Source of the DNA: an uncultured delta proteobacterium
GTDB taxonomy: Bacteria > Desulfobacterota > Binatia > HRBIN30 > BPIQ01
Direction: 5' to 3'
Assembly: GCA_963761335.1 (NCBI GenBank)
Contig: CAVXGR010000021.1
Location: 96,001-160,000 of the forward strand
Length of the DNA stretch: 64,000 nucleotides
Shown here: positions 40,775 to 52,856 of the stretch, piece by piece
How positions within the stretch are numbered: position 1 is the first letter of the stretch
How the letters are laid out: every line of letters begins with the position of its first letter
Notes under the pieces: generated by a model
Databases searched by the model: none
What the model saw: only the letters and a program-made list of their open reading frames with translations
What the model was told of the DNA's origin: nothing
Position numbers and translations under genes: made by a program

Positions 40775-41782
40775 CTAGTAGTCGGCGCCACCGTCGCCAC
40801 CCTCTCCCACTACCTCAGCCCGGGTGTCGAATGTGCCGTCCCGATTCGGGCCTGACGACGCGCTCAAGCCGCCGTTGTCCAGCACCTGTTTCCAGCGCAG
40901 CGGTGACAGCTGTTGCGCGAGGTAGCCGGTCGGAAAGGCGGGGATCGATCCAATCCCGACCGAACCCGCAAAGGAAGCGTTGGGCCGAAAGAAGCTCTGG
41001 AAGACATGATCCCAGACGTTGAGCACCGCACCGTAATTGTGGTTGCCCTCGCGCGAGTTGGCCGAATGATGCCAGCGGTGCACGCTCGGCGAACTCCACA
41101 ACCAGTCGATCCAGCGCGGCGTCCGCATGTCGATGTTGCAGTGCTGTACCTGCCCATACACGGCGCGGAAGACGAAGTACGGCCCGAGCACCTCACGCCC
41201 GGCACCCATCAGCGCCAGCGGTATCGACTCGCAGCTGATGATCAGGAACAGATCGAGCACCTGAAAACGGGTTGCGTTGAGCCAGTACAGTCGAGTCGCC
41301 CCGTGGTGGGTGGCGTGCAGGCGCCACACCCAAGGGTTCTCGTGCGCCAGACGGTGAAAGACGTAGTGCCCGAGCTCGCCCAGAACCAGGGCGAAGGCGA
41401 GTTGCGCGAGCATGGGAGCCTGAGTCGGCCACAGCGGTCCTCCGGCTGCTCTGGCGACCCCGGCTGACAGCAGCGTCAGCGGGCCAACGATGAACGCGCG
41501 CGCCAAGCCTTGTGCGGTCGGCCCTGTCAGGCCCAGGTGCAGTGCGTCGGTGAAGATATCGCCGTGCGAGCGGTTCCATTCGGGACGATACGGAAGCAGC
41601 CGCTCGAGAATCGCGAGCAGCGGGTAGGCGATCGCGATGGCCGAGATCACGGCCACACCCGCGTACACATCTCCCGCCTGCCCAAACGAGTCCGTCGCGT
41701 AGATCCCGGGAGAGATCAGCGCGTATGCGGTGATCCCCGCAACGACGAGCGGAAACAGCAAGTACGACGCGACGCAACGCAC
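40775..41782 (-). CDS. Sterol desaturase / fatty-acid hydroxylase family membrane di-iron enzyme
   Basis: His boxes HYVFHRLAH, HATHH, QHCN and HRWHH; NYGAVLNVWDHVF; GTG 41782 with GGAGG RBS. Confidence 0.9.
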   Translation of the reverse strand: MRCVASYLLFPLVVAGITAYALISPGIYATDSFGQAGDVYAGVAVISAIAIAYPLLAILERLLPYRPEWNRSHGDIFTDALHLGLTGPTAQGLARAFIVGPLTLLSAGVARAAGGPLWPTQAPMLAQLAFALVLGELGHYVFHRLAHENPWVWRLHATHHGATRLYWLNATRFQVLDLFLIISCESIPLALMGAGREVLGPYFVFRAVYGQVQHCNIDMRTPRWIDWLWSSPSVHRWHHSANSREGNHNYGAVLNVWDHVFQSFFRPNASFAGSVGIGSIPAFPTGYLAQQLSPLRWKQVLDNGGLSASSGPNRDGTFDTRAEVVGEGGDGGADY

Positions 41783-41966
41783 TGCCTCCCCGTACCATGC
41801 CCACCTCACGGCCGCCAACTCACGGCTCGTTCCGATCCGTCGTGGCAACCGATATGAGCGCCGCTCAGAGAGATCTCCGCGATCGCTGATCGGGTCGAAT
41901 CGATTGTCCCGGGGCGAGGGGTGGGCTATGGCATTCGCAAGCCACACGCCGGACCGACGCGCCTAC

Positions 41967-43952
41967 ATGGCCGAAGAACCCCAGTCTCGCAGACTCACCA
42001 CGATCGTCGCCCTGGACGTTGCCGGCTACTCGGCGCGGACGGAAGCCGAAGAGGCCGGGAGCACCGCCGCGGTCGCGGCACTGCGGGGTGTGATCGAAGG
42101 CATCGCGGCGCCGCGCGGCGGGCGGATCTTCAACACCGCGGGCGATGGCTTCATGCTGGAGTTCGGTTCGAGCCTGGCCGCCGTCGAAGCCGCGTTCGCG
42201 CTCGCGGAACGATGCAATCCGAAGGTGCGGGTCGGCGTGCATCTGGGGGACGTCGTCGTGCAGCCGAACGGCGATCTCCTCGGCCACGGCGTCAACGTTG
42301 CGGCGCGACTGATGGCTCGCAGCGATCCGGGCTCGGTTTTGGTGTCGGCCGACGTGCGCCGCACGATCCGAGGTCCGTTGGCCGTGGGTCGCGGGCGCGG
42401 GGCTTCCGCAGCTCGACAAGATGGCGGAGGAGATCGAGGCATTCGCGCTGGATGCCGCCGGGTCCGCAGTCGCCGCGGCGCCGTCCAAGAGCCGCGAGGC
42501 CCTTCTCGCCGTGCGCCCCCCGACAACTTGTCGGATGATCGGGAAATGCAGTTCTTCTCGGACGGGGTATCGGAGGAGATCATCCAACGTCTGTCCCGCG
42601 GCGCCAGAATGAAGGTCATCGGGCGCACGTCGAGCTTTCAGTTTCGCGGCGCGGACAAGACGGCGCGCAAGGTTGCGAGTGAGCTCCAGTGCACCCACAT
42701 CCTGGACGGCTCCATCCGCCGTGCCGGCGGGCGGGCGCGCATCTCGGCGCATCTGGCGGAGGCGGCGGCGCAGAGGACGTGTGGTCGGACAGCATCATCC
42801 GCGGCCTCGAAGAACATGTTCGCCGTGCAGGACGAGATCGCCGAGCACATCGCGGCCGCCCTCGACCAGACCTTCACCAGCTTCTCGACAAAGGCGATCG
42901 ATCCGTCGGTCTACGATCTCTATCTGCGCGCCAGCCCCAAGCTCTTACGCACCGGACGAGCTGCGGACCAGCGTCAGCCTGCTGGAGGGCGCCACGCAAC
43001 GCGCCTCGCATTTCGCGGAGGCTTTGGGTCGGTTGGCAGAGGGTACGGGCCTGGCGGCGCCTCTATCAGCCCTTCCTCGACCGCGCCGCAAGCGCCGGCG
43101 CTGTGACGCGCGAGGTGGAACAGGCTCGGCACTCGATCCGCAGAACGTCGACGCCATGCTGGCGCAGCTTCTTCAGGCCCTCCTTTCGGACGGTTCATCG
43201 ATGACGTCTTCGATCGTCGAACGAGACGTCGCGCCGCCGGTCTCGGTGGGGGACAAGATCGTCGGATGGTACTTGCGGACATCGGCAAGCTCCACGAGAG
43301 CCTGGAGGAAACCGAACGCGCCTATCGGCCGGACGTACTGAACCGATGTCGGCGAATCTGCTCGGACTGGCGCGCATGGCCGCCGGCCGCGTTAAGGCCG
43401 TGCCCGATCAAGATCTGGTGGCGCGAGTGCCCAAATGAGCTTCCCGGTTGCGAACCTGCTGCGGGCCAAGGCTTCCTCGGGGACTGGGCGGCGGTCGACC
43501 CCTTGTTGGACCCCGCGGCGAAATTTCCGTGGCGCGAGTTCCAGGACGATGGCGTTCATCCGGGCCAAGCGCACCCCACGCCGGAGAATATCCGCGGCAT
43601 CCAGAGCCGCTCGGCCGCGTCCCGAGCAGACCGCCTCGGTCGACGCTCGCGCCTCGTGTATGCGGCCCATCTGGGCCTCGTCGACGAAGCGTACCGGACA
43701 CCGAGGTCGTCGTCTCGGCCGACGCCGACCATAGATGACATCATGGGCTCGGACGCTACCGCACGGCGCTGTTGTTCCATGCCGGGATGCCAGAGCTGCG
43801 CAACGTTTTTCGTTCGGCCCCTGTGTGCACGTGGGGCTGGTCGAGATCTGGTTGTCCAGGGGCAGGTGGCCGATGGCTTCGATGAAGTCCCAACGACTCA
43901 GGGCCGAGTGCTACATGGCACGTCACATCCCATAGAGGAGTTCGGGTTCTGA
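41967..43952 (+). pseudogene. Class III adenylate/guanylate cyclase - TolB-like - TPR protein, multiply frameshifted
   Basis: RRLTTIVALDVAGYS, TAGDGFM, RVGVHLGDV, GHGVNVAARL, FFSDGVSEEII, VIGRTSSF, HILDGSIRR; the reading frame switches repeatedly. Confidence 0.75.
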
Positions 43953-44023
43953 ACGCTCAGTCTCGAAGACGGCGGAGACTGCTCCGATCCAATGAGTCGC
44001 GTCCGGCACACAAGAGCAACGTC

Positions 44024-44560
44024 ATGAGCAACGTCATTTCGCTGCGTTTCGAGTCCACGCTACATGCCTCTGCCGAGAAGGTTTGGGAATGGATCACTTC
44101 GATCAGGGGCATCCGTGCCGAGATGTGGCCGTTCTTCTTCATGACCGCGCCAAGAGGCGTTCGCTCATTGAGCGACGTCCAGATAACGCCGGGCAAGCGC
44201 ATGTTTCGCAGCTACGTCTTCCTGTTCGGCATGCTGCCCGTTGACTACTCGGACATGACCTTGCTGGAGCTCAATATCGGGCAGGGGCTCATGGAGCAGT
44301 CCCCGATGGGTTCCATGAACCTGTGGCGTCACGAAAGGCAAGTTTTCCGTGCCCATCTGATCCAAGCGCGGTGGTGCTGGTCGACCAACTCACCTTTCAG
44401 CCCCGCATGGCCCGGCGCCTCGTCGGCTCGTTCATTCCCCGCGTCTTCATCCATCGGCACAAGGTTCTCAGGGCCGAGCTGGCGGTACCCAGCAGGTGCG
44501 CGCGGAGGCGAGGCAGCGTATCGATGCGTGATTTGGCAAGCCGGCGAAGTCGTTCTATAA
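44024..44560 (+). pseudogene. SRPBCC-like ligand-binding protein, frameshifted near 44340
   Basis: FESTLHASAEKVWEW...SMNLWRHER continues in another frame as VVLVDQLTFQPR...FIHRHKVL. Confidence 0.6.
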
Positions 44561-44854
44561 GCGGCGCAGCGCGATTGCGACGGCGAGAGCGATGGACGCT
44601 CTCGACAAAAGGAGGATGGACATGCCTAGTGGAATGGTTGCCGGCTTGAGCAAGAGCGAGCGCATCAAGGTTGCCAAGCAGATGGATCGTCTGTGTGCGC
44701 GGACTCGAGAAGAACACCAAGTTCGTCGAGAAGATGGCGAAGCAGATGGAAGCGCTCACGCGGGCGCTCACGGGTAGCAGCTCGCGGCGGCGTCTCGCAC
44801 CTCGGGATTGCTTCGACAGACCGCCTTACGCGCGTGCCCGGACCGCGCGCCACG

Positions 44855-47800
44855 ATGGCCAACCCACCAGCCGCTCCCTCGGCGCCTCTGCCAACAGCGG
44901 CGCAGACGACCGGTGCCGCAACCGCTTCGTAGGACGCAATCCGTGAGCGCGCCGAGCTGCGTGCCGCCTTGGAGGACACGCTCAGCGGATGCGGGCGGCT
45001 CATCCTGCTCGCCGGTGAGCCCGGCATCGGCAAAACGCGCCTCGCCGACGAGCTGAGCACGGAAGCCACCGCCCACGGCGCCCGTGTCGCGTGGGGGCGG
45101 TGCTGGGAAGGTGGCGGCGCACCGGCCGGGTGGCCGTGGATTCAAATTCTGCGGTCGTTGATCTCCGCGCTCCATCCGACGAGCGCTGCGGCTCAGGGCG
45201 CATCGTTGATCCAGCTTCTGCCTGAGCTTCATCCCGCAGCGATCCGCCGGTGGGTCCCCGGCATGGCTGCGCTCTCGGATCGCTGCCGCAGAGCGAGCGC
45301 TTTCGGCTGTTCGATGCAGTGGCAACCCGCTGCTGCGCCGCGCTGCACGGACGGCGCCGCTGGTCATCGTCTTTGATGACGGTCACCTCGCGGACCCGAC
45401 TTCCCTCCTCCTGCTGCGCTTTGTCGCACGCGACCTCCGCGACTTGCCGGTGATGATGATCGTCACCTATCGCGACATCGAGGCGCGACTCCCGTGCGCA
45501 TCTGAATGAACTGATCACCGATCTCGGCCGCGAAGGCACCACGCTCGTCCTGCAAGGTCTGGACGAGGCGGCCGTGCGCCAGTTGGTAACCACCAGCGCC
45601 GGGTATCCCCCGGAGCGGGCGACGCTGGAAACGTTACATCGCGTCACTGAAGGCAATCCGTTCTTCCTGACCGAGGTGGTCCGTTTGCTCATCGCGCAGG
45701 GGCAGCTGTCACAGATTAGTCGTGGCGGCCTCACCGCGTTCAGCATCCCCTACAGCGTACGCGGTGCCATTTGCCGCTGCGTCGCCTTGGTGTCTGCGGA
45801 AACCCGACAGGTGTTGATCGTTGCCGCAGTGATCGGCCGTGACTTCGATCTAGCGGCGATGTGAATCGTCGGGGTGCTTGTCCGTTGAGCAGCTGACGGT
45901 GGCGCTCGATGAAGCGGGAACCTGCGGCATCATTGCCCTGCTCAGCGACGGCATCGGACGCTATCGCTTCACGCACGCCCTCATCCGAGAGACGCTGTAC
46001 GATGATCTACCGAAAGCGGAGCGACGCGCGCTGCATCTGCGTATTGCAGACATCACCGAAACCGTGCATGCCGCGGACTTCGAGCTCCACCTCAGTGAGC
46101 TGGCGTATCACTACTGGCAGGCGCTACCCGTCGGACCGATCGAGAAGGCTTTCATGTACGCGCGCCGCGGCGCCGAACACGTCTAACGCCTTGCTCGCCT
46201 ATCAGGAAGCCGGGCGGCTGTGCGAGATGGCGATCGAAGCGCTGGAGCTGCAGCAACCGATCCATGAGGCGCGCCGCTGCGATACGCTGCTGCGGCTTGG
46301 CGAAGCGATGTACGGCGCCGGTCTGTTCAATCGCAGACGCGGGGCATTTCAGCTGGCCGCCGGACTCAGCACGATGAGCCGGCAACGCCGCCTCGTTGGC
46401 GCGTGCCGCCCTGGGGCTTCGGAATGCCGCCGCTGTCGCCGTATCACTTCGATGCGGAGTCGGTGGTGCGGCTGCTCGAAGAAGCGCTGGGAGCCCTGCC
46501 GGACCTCGATAGCCCCATGCGCGCGATGCTGCTGGCGCGCCTCGCAGCGGAGCTCTACTGGTCGCCGTCGAGGCGGCGCGGTGCTGAGCTCAGCTCGGCA
46601 GGCGGTGCAGATGGCGCGGCGCATCGGCGATCGGCCGACACTCATCTATGTCCTTTACACACATCACCTCGCTACTTGGAGCGTCGACAATTTGGATGAG
46701 CGGCTGCAGGTCGCCACGGAGATCGTGGAGCTTGCCGACGATCCATCCGACCGCCGCTGGGCCACCAGTGTATGGGGGCTGCCTTGAGCCACTTATCTTC
46801 GCTTCGGAACAATCTGCTCGAGAGCGGCGACATCGGCACGGTCGATGACAAGTTCGAGCGACAGACGACACTGGCCACCGAGCTCCGGCAGCAGCTCGGG
46901 TATGAAGAGTTGGCGCGCGCGACACGGGCACTGATAGATGGCCGTCTCGACGAGGCCGAGCGGATGGCAAGCCAGGCGTTGGCGGTGGCGCAGCGCTTGG
47001 AACGGCGCGCGCGGCCCTTTCGGCAGGCGGTCAACTCGCTCCTGCTGATTCTGCGGCACGAGCAGGGCCGACTTGCGGAGCTGGCGCCCATCTTTGGCGC
47101 GGGGCGTGCGCGTCAGCAGTCGATGCTGGCGCGCTGCTCATTGGCCTTTTGTCTTGCCGAGCTCGGGCAGCGCGCCGAAGCTGCCGCGGAGTTCGAACCG
47201 CTCGCCGCGGCCGATTTCACGGGTCTGCCCCGCGATGGTGGCTGGATGGCGGCGATGGTGCTCCTGACAGAGGTGTGCTGGTACTTGGAGGACCGGACGC
47301 GTGCCGCCGTTCTCTATCGCATGCTGTCTCCGTATGCGGCGCGCAACGCCGCGCTCGACGTTCATGTGTGCTACGGCTCGGTGGCGCAGTATCTCGGCAT
47401 GCTCGCGGCGCTGGCGGGAGATTACCAAGGCGCGCTGGAGCACTATGACGCGGCGCTGCAGTTCAACTTGCGAATGGGTGCGAGTCTGTGGGTGGCGCAT
47501 ACGCGTTACCGGTACGCGGCGACGCTGCTGGCGCGCAATGCCGCGGGTGATCGCGACAAAGCTGAGAGTCTTGCCGTGGCGGCGCTGATCGCGGCGGAGT
47601 CGTTGGGAATGAGGACTCTGGCCATCAGGGTTCGCGCGCTCGAAGGGCTCGACTTGAGCACTGTCGCCGGACCCGGCAGCACAATCACGATCCTGTTCAC
47701 CGACATTCAGGATTCAACCGGCATGACCGAACGGTTGGGTGATCGGCGCGTGCAGGAAATCCTCCACACCCACAACGCGATCGTCCGGCAACAGGTGGCG

Positions 47801-48196
47801 GCTCACAAAGGGTTTGAGGTGAAGTCGATGGGTGACGGCTTCATGATCGCCTTCCCGAGCCCCGGCAATGCGGTGCGCTGTGCCGTCGCCGTGCAATGCG
47901 CGCTGGCGGCGTACAACCAGCAGGCAGGTTCTGCATCCATTCGGGTGGCGATGGGTCTGCACAGCGGTGAAGCCATCAGAGAAGCCGGCGACTTCTACGG
48001 CAAGACGGTCATTCTCGCCGCACGCATCGGCGCCCAAGCCGAGGGCGGTGAGATCCTCGTGTCCTCGGTTCTCAAGGAATCAATCGAGGGTGCTGCCGAC
48101 GTGCGGTTCGATTCGGGCCGCGATGTGCAGCTCAAGGGACTCGCGGGCAGCTATCGCCTGCATAGGGTGTTGTGGCAGCAAGGCGCGTCACACTAG
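44855..48196 (+). pseudogene. AAA/STAND ATPase - TPR - C-terminal class III cyclase protein, multiply frameshifted
   Basis: FVGR, GEPGIGKT, TEGNPFFL, AAVIGRDF, YRFTHALIRETLY, then ILFTDIQDST..KSMGDGFM..GLHSGE..GDFYGKTVILAAR (46772-48196 is intact). Confidence 0.8.
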
Positions 48197-48255
48197 TGCG
48201 ACCTCCGCGTTCGACAGAGGCGTTTGATGGGGCGTTGACCACGTCCAAGCGGAGC

Positions 48256-49301
48256 ATGGGCTCGCATAGCCCGCATAGAAGAGCGACGGCGTTCGTTTCG
48301 CGAATTGCCCTGATCGTCTTCGGGTGCTGCATGGCGCTGCTGATGGCAGAGGTCGCCGTGCGTCTCTTCTTTCCCTTCGCGCGCGCCTTTGTCGTCCCCT
48401 ACGGGATCATCGAGATCGATGACCAGCTCGGCTGGAAGCTGCACGCCGGGCAGACGGGGCGGCATCTCTCGCCCGACTTCGACGTCGCCTACAGCATCAA
48501 CCAGCTCGGCTTCCGAGACCCGCCGCGCCAGCTGCAGAAGAGCCAGGGCGTCTATCGAGCTGTACTTTACGGGGACTGGTTCGTGTTCGGATGGGGTGTC
48601 GCCGAAGAAGAGGCGGTTCTCCAGCCTCCTCGAGCACCGCATCCCAAACGTCGAAATATGGAACCTCGGCGTTCCCGGCTACGGTCTGGATCAGGAGCTC
48701 GTCCTCTACGAAAGAGATGCCCGGTCGTTCAACGCCGACGAGGTCGTCTTCTACGTGTCGGACGTCATTCTCAGCCGCGACCGACGAAGCTACATCTACA
48801 GAAAGACCAAGCCGAGGTTCGCGATCGACCCGGGTGGGGAACCTGATGCTGATCCCGCCGCCGCTGCCGCGGCTGACGAGCGCGCTCTACACCGGCCTCG
48901 GGTGGTTGCATCTGCCGTGCTTCGTCGATCAGTGGCTCAGCTCAGGGTGGCTCGGAACGAGCCACCACCCTTTGGCACGTTTTGCCCACGGCGCCTCGGC
49001 GCCCGCGCTGGACGAGGTGAGCCGGAAGATCCTCGAAACCGGAAGCGCGATGGCGCGGGAGAGGGGTGCCAGATTCACCGTCCTGTCCCACCTGGACGGC
49101 GCGGCGGCAGAAGAGCTGCGGCAGCTCTGCCGCCGGCACCAGATCGACCTCATCCAGCTCCACCTCGAAAATGAGCGCCGAGATCTGATCCTGAGCGAAC
49201 ACGATGGCCACTGGTCGGCGCGCGGGAACGCCGCGGTGGCCTCACAGGTTCTTGTCCACTTCGAAAGCGCCAGGCGTGGCCTCGCCGGCCGGGGCGGATG
49301 A
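48256..49301 (+). pseudogene. SGNH/GDSL hydrolase-like membrane-anchored protein, frameshifted
   Basis: N-terminal TM, INQLGFRD, YGDWFVFGWGV, EIWNLGVPGYGLDQE and DGHWSARG are spread over three frames. Confidence 0.7.
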
Positions 49302-49915
49302 ATCGCAGCGGAGGGACGATGTCGATGGGCGACGCGATCCGCCGCTGGCTTGGCCGGCTTCGGGCTGTGGGCTGGGGCGCAATTGCGTTTGCCCTGCTCG
49401 GCCTGCTCTTCCTCGGGCTCGGGCTCTCGGATCTGATGAAGTTGGTCGAGGCGCGCCGCTGGCCCACGGCTCCGGGACACATCGTCCGCTCCGAGATCCG
49501 CACGACGCGCGACCCGGGCGGCGAGCCGATCTACTTTCTCTCGGTCGCCTACCAGTACAGCTACGCCGGGCGACTCTACACCGGCACCCGCGTCAGCTTC
49601 GGCGACTCCTTCGACGAGGCCACCCGGAACGACACCGCGCACGCGCGCGCCAGCTGGCTGACGCGGACGTTCACCGGCGGCCAGCCGGTGTACGGTGACG
49701 CCGACCGCGGCGTGGTCGAGTACCACGCCCGCGGCTTTCCGCTCGGCAAGCAGGTCGTCGTGCACGTTGACCCTTCCGAGCCGGCGCGCGCCGTGATCGA
49801 CGTCGAGCCGACCTGGTACAACACCCGCTTCCTGTTCCGCGCCTGCGTGATGTTCGCCATCGCCGCGGTCCTGGCCGTCCTGCGCTGGGTGCGGACCGCG
49901 CTGCGCCCGCGGTGA
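49298..49915 (+). CDS. DUF3592-family membrane protein
   Basis: TM helix, WPTAPGHIVRSEI, VAYQYSYAGRLYTG, VVVHVDPSEPARAV, C-terminal TM. Confidence 0.85.
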   Translation: MNRSGGTMSMGDAIRRWLGRLRAVGWGAIAFALLGLLFLGLGLSDLMKLVEARRWPTAPGHIVRSEIRTTRDPGGEPIYFLSVAYQYSYAGRLYTGTRVSFGDSFDEATRNDTAHARASWLTRTFTGGQPVYGDADRGVVEYHARGFPLGKQVVVHVDPSEPARAVIDVEPTWYNTRFLFRACVMFAIAAVLAVLRWVRTALRPR

Positions 49916-50104
49916 GCGGCGCGTTTCGATGCGCAGTGGCAGGGTTCAATTGAGGTCGTTGCGCACTCCGGCAGCGGCCGTTGCGGATCGCTTGCGGCGC
50001 GGCTTGCCTTCCGTGTAGTGAAGCACCGTCTTCAGGCGCCGCCGCAGCGCCAGGCGGTCGGTTTCGAGAGGGTGGATATCGTCCAGGGTATTCGGGGAGG
50101 CACG

Positions 50105-51142
50105 ATGGAACGCGCGAGCAAGAACGTTCGACTCGGACTGACGCTGCCGCTTGGCGGCGCACAGGACGCCGTCGCGCAAGCCCAGGCGGCGCGCGCCTGC
50201 GGCTACCAGGAGCTGTGGCTGGCCGAGGTGGGTGGGGGTGACGTCTACGCCCTGGCCGGCGCCCTGGCGGTCGGCGTGCCGGGAATGCGCATCGGCACTG
50301 CGGTGGTGCCGGCGCAGACGCGGACGCCGATGGTGCATGCCATGGCGGCGTTGACGCTGAGCCAGCTCTCCGCCGGCAACTTCATTCTCGGCATCGGCCT
50401 GTCGTCGCCCAACATCGTGCGCGACTGGGGCGGCCAGCCCTACGATCGGCCGCTGACGCGGCTGCGCGAGCACGTCGAGGTGCTGCGCAAGATGCTCGCC
50501 GGCGCGCGCGTCGACTACGAGGGCAAGACGCTGAAGGCGAAGCGCTTCCGCCTGGGCGGGGCCCCGGTCGGCGAGGTTCCCATCTATCTCGGCGCCCTCA
50601 ACGAGCAGTCGCTGCGCCTGACCGGGGCGCTGTGCGACGGCGTCGTCCTGAACATGGTTCCCGAGCGCGCCCTGCCGCAGATCCTCGGCGCGGTGCGGGC
50701 CGGCGCCGAGGCGGCCGGGCGCGACCCCGGGCACCTCGAGGTCGTTTCGCGGCTGCACGTGGTGTTGACGGACGACGCCGCCATGGGCCGCGAGCTGGTG
50801 CGCAACGTCTTCGGCGCCTATGCTGCGACGCCGGGATACAACCGCTGCTTCGAGTGGATCGGCTTCGCCGACGAGGCGCGCCGGATCCGCGAGTGCTTCG
50901 CGCGCGGCGACCGCGCCGGCGTGGCGGCCGCGGTGACCGACGAGCTGTGCGAGTCGATGGCAGTGATCGGCAACGCCGACACCGTGCGCGCCCGGGTGCG
51001 CGCCTATGCCGAGCAGGGCGTCGACGTGTGCGTCGTCAATCCCATCGCCGATCCGAGCTCCGCGAAGCGAGTGATCGAGACGGTCGCCGGCTCGCTCGAC
51101 GGCCTCGATCTGCGCCAGAGCGGCGTGCTCCGGGCCACGTAG
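50105..51142 (+). CDS. LLM-class (luciferase-like) flavin/F420-dependent oxidoreductase
   Basis: GYQELWLAE, IGTAVVP..TRTP, FILGIGLS, PIYLGAL, DGVVLN. Confidence 0.9.
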   Translation: MERASKNVRLGLTLPLGGAQDAVAQAQAARACGYQELWLAEVGGGDVYALAGALAVGVPGMRIGTAVVPAQTRTPMVHAMAALTLSQLSAGNFILGIGLSSPNIVRDWGGQPYDRPLTRLREHVEVLRKMLAGARVDYEGKTLKAKRFRLGGAPVGEVPIYLGALNEQSLRLTGALCDGVVLNMVPERALPQILGAVRAGAEAAGRDPGHLEVVSRLHVVLTDDAAMGRELVRNVFGAYAATPGYNRCFEWIGFADEARRIRECFARGDRAGVAAAVTDELCESMAVIGNADTVRARVRAYAEQGVDVCVVNPIADPSSAKRVIETVAGSLDGLDLRQSGVLRAT

Positions 51143-51212
51143 CTCGCTGCGGGGCGTCAGAGCACGGCACGAGCTTCGACGCGAGGGGCAAGGAAAGAAG
51201 GGATCTGAGCAT

Positions 51213-52835
51213 ATGATCTCGCGACGCGAATTCGTGAAGCTGGGTGCCGCCACCGCGACCGGCCTCTTTCTGCCCTGGGGTTGCGCCGACGACGACCGCG
51301 GCTTGGGCTCGACGACGGCGCTGGAGAAGTACGTCGATCCGCTGCCGAAGCCGCCCGTGCTGCAACCCGCCGGCGTGCTCGACGGCGGCACTTTCTACCA
51401 GGTGAGCATCTCTCAGTTCGCGCAGAAGCTGCACCGCGATCTGCCGCCGACGCCGGTCTGGGGATACGACGGCATCTATCCCGGCCCGACGATCGAGGTG
51501 CGGCTGGACGAGCTCGTGCGGATCGAGTGGGTCAACGCGCTACCCACCGCGCACCTGCTGACCGTGGACCCGACGATTCACTGCGGCGACACGGCACCCC
51601 AGTGTCTGCCCGCGGTGCGCACCACGACCCACGTCCACGGAGGCAACCAGCCGGCCGACAGCGATGGGTATCCCGAAGACTGGTGGCTGCCGGGGGAGTC
51701 GAAGATCTACACCTATCCGAACCACCAGCTGCCGACCACGCTCTGGTACCACGACCACACCCTCGGCATCACCCGTCTGAACGTCTACGCCGGTCTCGCA
51801 GGCTTCAAGATCGTTCGCGACGATGCCGAGGAGGCGCTGAATCTGCCGGCCGGCGAGTTCGAGATCCCGCTTCTGATCCAGGACCGCTCCTTCAACTCCG
51901 ACGGCTCTCTCTTCTATCCCAGCGTCGGCGACGTCCCCAGCGTCCATCCCAACTGGCAGCCGGAGTACTTCGCCGACACGGCGGTGGTGAACGGCGTGGT
52001 GTGGCCCTATCTGGAGGTGGAGCCGCGCAAGTACCGCTTCCGCATCCTGAACGGCTGCAACGCCCGCTTTCTCATCCTGCGGCTCGACTCCGGTCCCTCC
52101 TTCTCACAGATCGGCAGTGATGGCGGCTTGTTGAACACCCCGGTGAATGTGTCCCCGCTCACCCTGGCGCCGGCGGAACGCGCCGACGTCGTCGTCGACT
52201 TCAGCGCCTTTGCCGGCCGCAGCATCATCATGTCCAACAGCGCTCCGGCTCCGTATCCGGACGGCGGCGAGGTCGAGCTGCCCGAGATCATGCAGCTCCG
52301 CGTCAGGACCGGTCCGGTGTCGGATGACAGCGTCCTGCCAGTGGTGCTGACCGACACCGCGGCGCGTATTCCCGAGAGCCAGGCGATACGCTCGAACGAC
52401 TTCACCCTGGAGGAAAGCCTCGATCCGGCGGACGACTCGGTGCAGCTGCTCCTCGACGGCAAGCGCTGGACGGCGCCGCTCGAGGACAAGGAGATGCCGC
52501 GTCTCGGCACCACCGAGGTCTGGCGCTTCATCAATCGCACCGGGGACACGCACCCGATGCACATCCATTTGATCGACTTCCAGATCCTCGATCGCCAGCC
52601 GTACGACGAAGACGCTTACGATGCGACCGGCGAGCTGGTGTTCACCGGGCCGGCCGAAGCGCCCGATGCGAACGAGATGGGCTGGAAGGACACCGTCCGC
52701 TGCCCGCCGGGGTACGTGACGCGGATCATCGTCACCTGGGCCGGCTTCGCCGGCCGCTTCGTCTGGCATTGCCACATCCTCGAGCACGAGGACAACGAGA
52801 TGATGCGGCCGCTGGAGGTGCTCCCGGCAATTTGA
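51213..52835 (+). CDS. Multicopper oxidase (CotA/bilirubin oxidase type), Tat-exported lipoprotein
   Basis: SRREFVK with LPWGC; copper motifs HVHG, WYHDH, HPMHIH, WHCHILEHEDNEMM. Confidence 0.95.
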   Translation: MISRREFVKLGAATATGLFLPWGCADDDRGLGSTTALEKYVDPLPKPPVLQPAGVLDGGTFYQVSISQFAQKLHRDLPPTPVWGYDGIYPGPTIEVRLDELVRIEWVNALPTAHLLTVDPTIHCGDTAPQCLPAVRTTTHVHGGNQPADSDGYPEDWWLPGESKIYTYPNHQLPTTLWYHDHTLGITRLNVYAGLAGFKIVRDDAEEALNLPAGEFEIPLLIQDRSFNSDGSLFYPSVGDVPSVHPNWQPEYFADTAVVNGVVWPYLEVEPRKYRFRILNGCNARFLILRLDSGPSFSQIGSDGGLLNTPVNVSPLTLAPAERADVVVDFSAFAGRSIIMSNSAPAPYPDGGEVELPEIMQLRVRTGPVSDDSVLPVVLTDTAARIPESQAIRSNDFTLEESLDPADDSVQLLLDGKRWTAPLEDKEMPRLGTTEVWRFINRTGDTHPMHIHLIDFQILDRQPYDEDAYDATGELVFTGPAEAPDANEMGWKDTVRCPPGYVTRIIVTWAGFAGRFVWHCHILEHEDNEMMRPLEVLPAI

Positions 52836-52856
52836 GGGGACGGCCGCGACGAGCGT

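Noticed and set aside
40560..40780. Possible IS-end remnant (TGAGAAATGCGGGCTAG)
   Set aside because: No partner inverted repeat or transposase fragment could be identified in the window.
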